Assembly: GCA_010909165.1 (NCBI GenBank)
Contig: VJWM01000118.1
Coordinates: forward strand, 248,001 to 312,000
Length of the DNA stretch: 64,000 nt
Direction: 5' to 3'
From: Anthoceros angustus
Taxonomy: Eukaryota; Plantae; Anthocerotophyta
Positions 49,746 through 60,748 of this stretch are shown in pieces. Each line of letters opens with the position of its first letter. Positions within the stretch are counted from its first letter, which is position 1. The position numbers were made by a program, and so were the translations under genes. The notes below the pieces were generated by a model that made no database searches, was not told where the DNA came from, and saw nothing but the letters and a program-made list of their open reading frames with translations.

Positions 49746-52735
49746 ATGCACTCGCGCTACGGACAACGAAGAGGCGCCTTCCGCCCAGCATTTCCACAAG
49801 CGCGGCCAAGGAGGGAGGTCACGGCAGCCTCCATAATCCTCAGCCCTTGCGCCCGCAATCCGCTCGCCGTTTTTTGGGCGCACCAGAGCGTGCTCCAAGG
49901 TTGGAGCAACGAACGCGGCGAGGAACATCGTGCCGGCCGACGCCAGAATACAGAACAAGAGAGGAGAAGCAATGGCACCCAAAAGCCGAGAAACTGGGAG
50001 CCATGGACCGTGGAGCGCAACATTGTGACCCGGCGCTATCCGGACTTCGGGCCCCGGCCGGAGGAAGCAGGAATTGGTGCAGAGTGGCATCCGGACGTGT
50101 TCCAAATGGTCTCGGACTTTGACAACGCTACCTAGTCCGGAGTTTGCCCAAAGATGCGCGGCGATCAACAAGGAGGTCCGATCCAAGAACCTCCGGAGGA
50201 CCCGAGGCGATGGACCTTGGAGGTCCCGAGGATGGCCTACAACCGCCAAGGAGGAAGAAGTGGTGCCGAGCCCCTTAAGGCGGGAAGATAGGGCCACCAC
50301 GGGCGGCCGAGGCTCGAACGCAGCGGACAACCAACGGATGGTTGATATCCGATCCGGCCGATCGAGTAAGGGCGGTAGCCCGGATCATTGTCCATTGAAC
50401 TCGCCACCAAGGTGGATCACCTTGGTGATAACTGCTGGTATTCTCATGCGCCAATGGGAAGAGAGCGGACCGGGAAGGATTATCTTCGCCTGTTCGCCAG
50501 AGGCACGCAAGCTAAGGAGCGAGAGCCTCGCCATCGGTGACCCCATACCCGATTCATGTATGGGGACATTTCGAGCTCTCAAGGAGGGAGAGCTTGAGCG
50601 GGCCCTCGGGGCCGTGGAGGCCCCGCTGGCAGAGCGTGCAAGGCGCCTGAGGTGGGGGTCAAGACCAAGCGGACTCGGGAGGAGGACGATCGAGGGATTT
50701 GACTCCATACGCCCGAGCGAACCCCTCACCACCTGTGGAAGTTTGGGAGGCGATTCCCCTTCCTCCTTTTGGTGCCCTCCGAGCAAGACAGGAGGGAGCG
50801 TCGGGAGGTGCGGGCCCGCAGACCGATGTAATCAACAACCACGACGGCCGCCGAGCCCCGACGAACCGGGAGCCAAGAGCGGAAGACGGTGCCGCTTCAA
50901 CGCAAAGACTGGGAGTGCCTTCTCCCCCGCCCACGGAGTGGCAAGAGGTCAAGAGGTAAGGAGGGCGAGAAAGGGACGTGGCCCAAGGAGCAGGAGGTCG
51001 GCGCAGCCCCACCCCGAGCCGGCCCTGCCCCGAGAAGGGGCAAAAGAGCTTGCTCCGGACCCCTCACCTCCGAGCCCTGTGAGAAAGAGGGCAAAAGGAG
51101 TTAGAGGCCAAGAGGGCCAAGAGGGTGAGACTCTGACCACCACTGTGACCGAGGGTCCCGATTAGGTCCGAGAACCCACCGACTTACCCCGGATCCGGGT
51201 ATGGAGGTCCTCGACCGAGAAATGCCGGCTCCCACTACGGACTTTGTGGGGGCCTCATCAGCGGCCGTGGAAGAAACACGGCGAAGTCTCATGGACGGAA
51301 TGCTTTGGGGTCTCGTGGTACATGGAGAAGACCCGAAGTGGAGGCCACCCGAGGAGGATGGTGGAACCCAAGAGCAAGTGAAGGCGGAGGGGCAAAGGAA
51401 AGGCGGAGTCCCTCCGGATCGAGGAAGGGAAACGCCGGTGGCGGAGCGAGGCCCGGCCCAGCAGACCAAGGTTCTTCACCGTGAACAGCAAGCTCAGAGG
51501 CCCAAGCGGGCGGAGGACCTTGCAGCGAAGAGGGAAGCGCAGGAGGCGGAAGAGGCCCGGCACAAGCAGAGAGCTCGGGACTGGCGGAGGCGGCCCGGCC
51601 AGAGCGCCAAGGGCGAGGCCGTAAAGGCGGCGAAGGAGTCAAGCGTGAAAGAGCGACCGGATCACTCTGACGTGATCGAACCGTGGAGAGAGCCACAGCA
51701 TGAGGTTACAAGGCCGACAAAGGGCTAGGAGGAGTGGAGGCCAAGACGGGAGATAGAGGATCTCCAGTGCGTGGAGGTAGAAGGAGGCGGCAGCAGATGG
51801 AGGATGCACGCTGAGCTACAACCCAAGATGCGCTTGAGCAGCAGTGATTCTCAACGAGAGAATCCACGAGAGCACGAAAAGAGTGCCTCGCCGCCTCAAG
51901 ACGGAGGAAAATCGGCGACTATCCAAGGAGTTGGACGCTGCTGCCATGTATGAGCCGGAGGAAGTCCGAGTCGGACGGAGGTATCCGACCGCCTGGAGAG
52001 GGAGCTGGCGGAGGTAAAGGCCAGAATGAACGGGGGAGCGCGAGCACCGGAAGCGTAAAAGAAGCCGCTGGTCCACCGAAAGGAAGGGAGCCGCGCTATG
52101 GCGGTAAGCCGCAATGGAAAGGAAACGACGGAGCCGAGCGGGAGCAACAGGCAGGAGGTGACCGAGGCCGCCTTGTAGCCTCGCGTGATACTACCACACA
52201 ACCGGGCAGAGAGGTGGCCCAACAAGCCGGCAAAGACTCCCTAACACTTATGGCGGAGGGAGTATCGGTGCCCGCACACGTGGAAGAGGCAATTCAACAA
52301 GTCGATTCAGACTTTGCCTATTACCACCGAGCCCCCGAGAAGCCTCGACGCCGCAGACGGACCCTGGAAGGCTCAAGGAGATGAAGGCCACGGGACAAAG
52401 ACAGGGACCCTAGTGGCCTGCTTGAGATGACGGAGCGGGAGAGGAGCAACGAGGAGCGAGGAACGAGGAGCGGATATGAGGGCACCCCGACCTCACCATG
52501 GAAGGAGGGGCCAACGAAGGAGTCACCGCGATCGGGAACAGGAGGACTTGAGGAGAGCCACGAGGAGTCCCGTGAGGGAGGAAACCCGGGGCGTGAGTCC
52601 GGACTTTGTCCGGACTCAGAGGGAGGCCGACCAAGTCCGGACCTAAGTCCGGACTCAAGTCCGGACAATAAGTCCGGACTCAAGTCCGGACCCCGAATAA
52701 CTGACCCGAGGTCCGAGAGACAAGGTCGGACCTAG
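49746..52735 (+). pseudogene. LTR-embedded accessory ORF, D 5' LTR copy (frameshifted)
   Basis: WEPWTVERNIVTRRYPDFG, EWHPDVFQMV, GRIIFACSPEARKLR, MEVLDREMPAPTTDFVGASSAAVEETR, PKWRPP. Confidence 0.78.
52596..52692. repeat. Array of palindromic (A)GTCCGGAC(T) motifs
   Basis: Seven TCCGGA sites, five at 12-13-bp spacing (52636, 52648, 52660, 52673, 52685). Confidence 0.85.
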
Positions 52736-53698
52736 CCACCGGACCTGAATAAGCCGACTCAAGTTCGAGTCGAGACAGACCTCGAGGACCGCCGGGCAAG
52801 AAGGAGGAGCCCCTCGACTTACGCTTAGGGGAGCCGGTGGCCCCACCGCGGGGACCTGTGGAGGGGCCAGGATGACGCCGTGGTAACGGCGTCGCCGACC
52901 GCCACGAGCCCAACCCGATGTGATTCCGGGAGAGGAGGCCCGCCACGGATCATCCGATTGGGTGCACCACAACCGCCGTGACGGGGATTGGACCACCCAT
53001 TCCGAGGGCCTGGACCTTCCCACACAGAAGGAGATAGGGGGATAGGATGGTAGGGCGATTAGGGTATACCGAGTGGCTATCACCGTAATAGGGGTGTAAT
53101 AAAGACGCCACCTTGGGCGCAGATAAGAGAGGCGCCTAGTAAAGCATCTTTCTCTTGGTGTTGATGCCGCTCGCACCTTTGTGAGTCTTCTTGCTAACGT
53201 GAGTCCCGAGTCACCGAAAGGTGCACGGCACCCGGGAGATTGATCAAGGTCCCGTGACGACTTAACGCTGTGGTGTGTGTGGGAAGATCGGTGATCCGTG
53301 CCCCGAGTCCGACCGAACTGACCGAACGTGTGAGCCGGAGGAACTCCGGAGGGTGGTAGAGCCCGGACGGAGAGGCCCTGAACGACGGAGGAGGTCCGGA
53401 TCGAACCCGCGGCCTTTTCTAAGATCAAGAGTGTAGCGTGAGAGGAGAGAGGAAAGGATCGATGCGTGAGGGATGTATGAACGATACGGACGCGAACGGG
53501 TCCTTAACGCTTGGCCATACCGGCCCAGAGTGAACGCGTGAGAAGTTAGGAGTATGTGTGTGTGTTGAGGCGAACGAGCGCTAAGGACGGAATCACCAAA
53601 CGCGCAGAACGGGCCTATCATTCCCTTTGGGAACTTCTTCCTACAACGACACGGATTGTGCGCGCTACCATCGGCCAAGAAAAGTCCCGCCACATTTT

Positions 53699-53719
53699 TG
53701 GCGCTGCCGGGAATGAAAT
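53699..53719 (+). promoter_or_regulatory. PBS of D
   Basis: TGGCGCTGCCGGGAATGAAAT after CCACA-TTTT; tRNA-Asp-like. Confidence 0.8.
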
Positions 53720-53975
53720 CGGTCCGTGTGCAGTGCGCGCCCTTAGGAAGAGAAGGTAAGTGAATGCGTGGCGGTCGAGCGACGGTCAAGAGTGAACCGT
53801 CGGGAGGATCGGACGTGGTCACCTCGCGTGCTCTCCGAGCCGTGAGAGGAGAGACGCCAAACCCAACGAGAGAGCACCGCCGATCGAGGAGGGAGAACGT
53901 CGAATTGTCGACGAGTACGGGGTACAAGGGGGACGCCAACGGAAGAAGGTAGGATGCCCCACGCCTAACCCACCG

Positions 53976-55677
53976 ATGGCATGGCAGCCCATGGCTACCT
54001 CGACCAAACAAGCGATCTCCATATTCGGAGGAAGAAGGAGCGGATGCGAGACCTTTGTGGAGGACTTCGTGTCCAAAGCCAACTTCAACGGAGAGGGAGC
54101 CGACGCAGCTCATCCAGCTTTTCCAAGGGGTTCTCCGAGGATGCTCAATGGTATCGGAGAAAGTACCGACCACCGAGAATGCCCCACCCGCCTCGCTTGA
54201 AGCTTTGAAAATGCCTTCTTAGAACGGTTTCGAGGATCGACCGTGAGGGTATGTATTATCAAAGTTGGAAAATGCGAGGAAGAAGGAGAAGCGGGCTCAG
54301 ACATCGAGCGGTTCTATGCCCGAGGATCGGCATCCAACCCATACCACGATGCAAGCGACGGTGGTGGTTCGCGGCTCTAGCCAAACCCATGGCTGCACGC
54401 CCCGCCGCCGAGAAGGACGTGGGCAAGGCGAGCGGCCGAAAACTACGAGGAATCGCTACATCGAGGATAAAGAAATCCGCTCAAGGAGGCAAGAAGAAGA
54501 AGAAACGGGTTCGACTGAGGAGGAAGAGTCTTCGAGGAGGAGGAAGACCAATGAGGTGTCTTGAGGAGGAGCAACGTCCAAGAAGAGACGGAGGTCTCTA
54601 GCGAGGAAGAGTATCCCGCAAGAAGAAGAGCAAGAAGCCCCAAAAAGAAGGTGGTAAGAAGGAGGTGGTGACACCAGCCGTCCGAGAAGCTCCACCGGAC
54701 CCGACTCCCTCAAAGGAGGTAGCAGTGTCCGGAGGACTGGAAAAGTGATAAAGAGAGTAGAGGACCGCGATAAAGTTAAGGACCGAGCGCGGAAAACACC
54801 GACTACGGTGCGAACGTGTGCCGTGTGCCGCACGAACACATTCGAATCCAACCGCCTCAAGGCCGGTGCATCAAGTGGACTACGAATACGAGGAGGAGGC
54901 CGAGGAGCAATGGGAAGAGGCCTATCGCATGTGAAGCCCCTCCGGGCCGCGATATCCCAAAACCATGTATCCGCCAACCGGAGGTCCGTCAATACAACGA
55001 GCCCCACCGATGCAAAGACCGCATGGGAGCCCTTCGTATCCTCTCAGACGGGTCTGCTGGAACGGGAATCCTCGCCATTACTCCAACGCGTGTCCGCACT
55101 CCAACGAGGTGGTAATGGGGACTTGACCGTGGTGGCGATCGCAAGTGGGCATATGACAAGACGCTATGTCCCAACCCTCACAAGGACGGCAGACGATATG
55201 CCACACCAAGCGGAGAACCCCGACCACCAACGCCACCTCCTAAGACTGTGACCGTACGGCAGGTCGAAGATGCTCAGTTGGCGGAGTGGGAAGAGATCCC
55301 CAGGGGTACGCGAGATGGGAAAGAACAAGAAGGTACGGTGGGGGTGTCGAAAGGAAGGGAGTTGGGAGTGGAAATCTTGGAGGTGTCTACTCGTAGCCGA
55401 AGGAAGGAGCGACGAGAAAGGCGCCAGTTGAAGAAGAACAAGATCGAGGAAGGCCACGACGCCGAGGAAGGCAATCAAACGGAAATACCAGCAGAGGATC
55501 CGACCGATGAAGGAGGGCTGGACGGCAGCTCACGGAGGGATTACCAAGGAAGTTCTCCGCAGAGGAGAAGGAACGGTGCCTCGCGACGGCGACGTTAGCT
55601 TCACGGACGTAGTCCGGAGGTGACCGAGATGTTGCAGGAGGAAATGCGCAAGCATCCGGAGAATACCGTAACACAAG
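53976..55677 (+). pseudogene. gag: D gag, frameshifted
   Basis: PMATSTKQAISIFGG..ETFVEDFVSKANFNGEGAD, homologous to C gag. Confidence 0.75.
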
Positions 55678-58600
55678 TGACCGGGAGAGGATGAGGACGC
55701 AGCAGGATCCTCGATTGGGGTAGAAGCCTCGCCCCTTTAATGTGGCGGACCTGATGATGAATCAGCACCTTGTGTCCTTTCGATCCGAGGATAACCCAAA
55801 TACCCACAAGAGGTCCGTCGGGCCGTTAGGGAAACCCAGCCTCGGAGCACCAAAGCCGTGAAGGGTAGCAGGAAGTGAGGGTGGTGTCCCATACGGACCT
55901 GTGGGCGCCAGTGGTACAAGTGGAGATTGGATGTATCATCAAGGATGTACTTGGACACGGGTCCGAGTCAACCTCATCACCGGCCACGCAAAATTGGGCT
56001 TCACATCCTTCGAACCTCAACGAAGACTCGAGAATGGCGTATATGTCAAGAAGAGATCCGCGGGGAGTTAACCGAGTCTTGGCCACCATAGCCGTGCACC
56101 CTACAAACCGGATTTTGTTGTGATCAAACCGCCGGACCATTAGGGTATGAGGTGTTGTCTGCCATGGGGTTGGCCCAAAGCTACACTTTGGAAGGAAGGA
56201 GATTCACTTCAAGCCGGTGGACTGGGACCCTAAGGTGCGAGAAGGGAGGGTTGCTATCACCGGAGCAAGGACACCTATTGTGGGAAACCGTGAGCACTAC
56301 TGGGTATACCTCGGAGGACTCCAGCGGCGAACAAGATAGTTCCGAGGAGGCGACTTTTCGCCAAGATCCGCGGTCCGAGGAGGAGATGGACTACCGCGGG
56401 ATGCCTTTGGTGCGGAAGTGGTTGATTGTTTTAGTAAACGCCACAACGGGCCGGAGGAAGGAAGTGAAGAGGAGGTCGGACCAAAGACAAGGGGAGACAA
56501 CAAGAGTCGGACCAAGGAAAAGCGGACATCAAGGAGTAACACGATTCACCTCCGACGAGCTCAGAGAGAATGGGGATGCGAGAGGACGATCCCGAGAGGA
56601 GGACGAGGGTTTGGACGCAAAGAGGCAAAGACGGAACGGAGACTGAACCCGGACGACGTGGAAGAAGTGGAGGTCCGCCAGCAAATTCAAGTTTAAGAAA
56701 GGCATGCCTCCGGACCAAGGAAGGACTAAAGCATGGGGAGTTTTATGAGGTGTTCGCCTTCAAGGTCACGACATGAAGGGCATTCAAGAAGTGGGAGAGC
56801 ATAAGATCGATTTGAAGCCGGGAGCGCCAATGACAATACAAGCTCAACCCCAAGTATTCGATCAAGGTGAAGGAGGTCCTTGATAAGTACCGAGGCAGAC
56901 ATCATTTTCCCCATCGTCAACAGCCGAGTGGGTCGCTACCGATTGTGGTGGTTCCCAAGAAACAACCAGACAAATTGCATGCCAAGATTGGAGGAAGCTC
57001 AACGCAACGGAGAAGGACCACTTCCGATGCCATTCAGAGACGACATTTTGGACAAGGTGGACGGACTGACTACTTACTCCTTCCTCGGATGGCTACTCCG
57101 GATATAACCAATTGCACCTAAGGGAGTTTGACCGGGAGAGGATGAGGACGCAGCAGGATCCTCGATTGGGGTAGAAGCCTCGCCCCTTTAATGTGGCGGA
57201 CCGATGATGAATCGGCACTGTGTCCTTTCGACACCGAGGATAACCCAAATACCGGCAAGAGGTCCGTCGGGCCGTTAGGGAAACCCAGGTGAGCACCAAA
57301 GCCGGAAGGGTAGCATGGAAGTGAGGGTGGTGTCCCATACGGACCCGGGCGATGGTACAAGTGGAGATTTGGATGTATCATCAAGGATGTACCGTTGGAC
57401 ACGGGTCCGAGTCAACCTCATCACGCCACGGCAATTGGGCTTCACATCCTTGAACCCTCAACGAAGACTCGAGAATGGCGGACATGTCAAGAAGAGATCC
57501 GGCGGGGAGTTAACCGAGTCTTGGCCACCATAGCGCACCCTACAAACCGGATTTTGTTGTGATCAAACCGGCCGGACCATTAGGGTATGAGGTGTTCTTT
57601 GGGCGGCCATGGGGTTGGCCCAGACGAAAGGAGATTCACTTCAAGCCGGTGGTGGGACCCTAAGGTGCGAGAAGGGAGGGTTGCTATCACCGGAGCAAGG
57701 ACACCTATTGTGGAAGCTGAGCACTACGAAGGGTATACCTCGGAGGACTCCACTGGCGACGAACAAGATAGTTCCGAGGAGGCGTACCCTTTCGCCAAGA
57801 TCCGCTGGTCCGAGGAGGAGATGGACTACCGGCGGGATGCCTTTGGTGCGGAAGTGATTGATTGTTTTGGAGTAAACGCCACAACGGGGCTGGAGGAAGG
57901 AAGTGAAGAGGAGGTCGGACCAGCACAAGGGGGAGACAGCGAAGAGTCGGACCAAGGAAAAGCGGACATCGAAGGAGTAACACGATTCACCTCCGACGAG
58001 CTCTTCAGAGAATGGGGGATGCGAGAGGACGATCCCCGAGAGGAGGACGAGGGGTTTGGACGCAGAGGCCGGCAGGAGAGACAGTGAACCGGACGGCGTG
58101 GAAGAAGTGGAGGTCCGGCCGCAAATTCACGAAGTTTAAGAAAGGCATGCCTCCGGACTGAAGGAAGGACTAAAGCACTGGGGAGTTTTATGAGGTGTTC
58201 GCCTTCAAGGTCACGGACATGAAGGGCATTCAAGAAGTGGGAGAGCATAAGATCGATTTGAAGCCGAGGCGGTGCGTCAAGATCAATACAAGCTCAACCC
58301 CAAGTATTCGATCAAGGTGAAGGAGGTCCTTGATAAGTACACGGAGGCGGACATCATTTTCCCCATCGTCAACAGCGAGTGGGTCGCTTGTGGTGGTTCC
58401 CAAGAAACAGCCAAATTCGGTATGCCAAGATTGGAGGAAGCTCAACGCCGCAGCGGAGAAGGACCACTTCCGATGCCATTCGTGACGACATTTTGGACAA
58501 GGTGGTGGACGGACTACTTACTCCTTCTGGATGGCTACTCCGGATATAACCAATTGCACCTAAGGGAGTGGGGACAAGACGACCTTCACTACGGAGTGGG

Positions 58601-60714
58601 GGTGCGTTTACAAGAGAAGTGCCTTTGGGATGACCGGAGCGCTGTGGTCGCTCATGCGTATGGTGACCAACGCCTTCCGTGACTTCCGAGGGACTTCATG
58701 GAGATATTCTGGATGATTTTGTGTGCATGGGGAGCAGGACAAACACCTTGGGCATCTAAGAAGGTGCTTGAGCGCCGGAGACTCAATTGAGCCTACACCC
58801 GAGAAATGCTACTTTGGAATGACGGAGGGAATCTTGTCGACATGTGGGCTGGAATCGAGGTGGACCAGACAAGGTCCGGTCATCCGCCTCCACCGACGAA
58901 CCTAAAGGAGCCGAGAGGTTTCGGAATGGTGGGATACTACCGGTTTATTAAGGACTTTGCGAAGAGGGCGCTAAGTTGTAACCATGCGAAGGAGGAGGTT
59001 TGGACCGTCTGGGAGCGAGAGGAGGCCTTCGGATTTTGTAACACCTTGGTAAGCGCACGGTTCTAAGAGGACCGGATCGAGCAGAAATTTCATGTGTATG
59101 TAGATGTGTCCGCTTTTGCTATCGGAGTAGTGCCGAGCCGTGACGACAAGCGGGATTATCCCGTATACTACCGGACGACACCACCCACGCGAACGAAAAT
59201 ACACAACTACAGAAGGGTAATCGGTATGGTATATGTCCAAGAAATTCGACACTACCTACTACCGTGAGTTTGTGTTCTATGTAGACCACTTTGAAGCATC
59301 CGGTGAATAAGACGGACCGTCCGGACGGATAGCAAGGTGGATATTGTTGCTGCAGGAGTTCACGTCAAGTGGAAACAAGACAAGGGAGGCAAGACCAAAA
59401 TGCGATTTCATCACGATTGAAAACAGAGCAGTGTGAGAGATCGGAAGATGCGCTTGGATGAGACATTGGTTGCCGCAGAAAAGTACAACCGAGGAGCCCA
59501 GACCGAACCCCAAGCTACGAACCGGGCAGCCTTAGTGTGGCGAGAAGGGAGGGTCCGCCGCGTCCGACCCTCTGAAGAAATAGAGCGGTACTGGGAATGG
59601 AGCTTCAAAATCGACTCGTGATGAGGGAGGCATTCGTGCACTATGCTCGACCCTTCGTAATGTACAACGGTGTGTGTTCAAATTAGGGCCTGACGGAGAA
59701 CGAAGGTACTTGCAACCCAGAGAGGAGCGGGTCAAGGGAATGCACGAAGGATTGGGGGTGGACACTACGCAAAGACAGTCACCACCAAAAGATTTTGAAG
59801 CGGATACCGGTGGCCAACAATGTATGGGGACACCCACCGCTTAGGAAGAAGTGTGATGCTTGTCGGATCGGAAAGCCAACCCCGACGACACAAAGGGCCG
59901 CTAGTACCGATATTGGCACCGCACCTTCGAAAAGTGGGGTATTGACTTTGTTGGACCTATACGACCTCGACAAGACACACACAAAGGAGATACATCCCGT
60001 GGCAACGACATCGCACTGTGGGTAGAGGCGGTGGCGACAAGAACGGACTCGCAAATACCGTGGCCAAATTCTGTCGAGAACATCATAACCCGACGGATGT
60101 CCGTAGCTTGGTAAGTGATAGGGGAACCCATTTCCTTAATGATGTGGTGGCCGCCATGACGGAGTATTTCGCATCAATCATCGCAAGACGGCACCCTACA
60201 ATCCTAAGGCCAATGGGCCGAGAGAAGACAAATGGGCTCATCTGGATCTCAATAAACTCACGGAACTACGCCCATGATCGATACCAAGCCGCCATCCGCA
60301 CTGTATGCCCGACGCAGAGAAGCCACACAACGGACCCTTACTTGACCTACGGACACTCTCCGTAATGCCGTGAGAGTTTGAAGTGCCCACTTTTCGAGTA
60401 ATGATGGAAGGGAGACCGATGAAGAGGAAAGCCACCGAGCGACTCTTGGGGTTTGTGCAAGACAGAGGAGGAAGAAGCTCACCAAGATGCGCTTGGTGCA
60501 AAACCAAAAGATTTGGCACGATCGATCGCGAATCGAGTATGTAAAGGAAGGGACCGCCTCCTTTATGATAGTCGTCACATGCATTTTCCGTGCAAACTTC
60601 ACCGAGATGGATGGGTCCGTACCAAGTGGTGCAAGTATATGACAACGGGTCCACCCACGCCTAGATGGAGAGCTGCCCACTCGAAACGGGCGGGTGAAGA
60701 AGTATCATGCTTAG
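55678..60714 (+). pseudogene. pol: D gag end and pol (PR-RT-RH-INT) with a ~1.45-kb tandem duplication
   Basis: LDTG, QYKLNPKYSIKVKE..ADIIFPIVNSEWV, LDGYSGYNQ, GMVGYYRF, IARWILLLQEF, LVSDRGTHFLND, LYDSRHMHFP. Confidence 0.92.
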
Positions 60715-60736
60715 TGTTGGCGAGACGCCAACAGAT

Positions 60737-60748
60737 GAGAAGGGAGTA
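60737..60748 (+). promoter_or_regulatory. Polypurine tract of D
   Basis: GAGAAGGGAGTA before TGTGG. Confidence 0.9.

Larger units (their letters stand above)
49360..53694 (+). repeat. Element D 5' LTR (~4.33 kb; first bases degenerate)
   Basis: GGCTATGCACT matches the 3' LTR start TGTGGGCTATGCACT; ends CCACA before the PBS. Confidence 0.88.
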
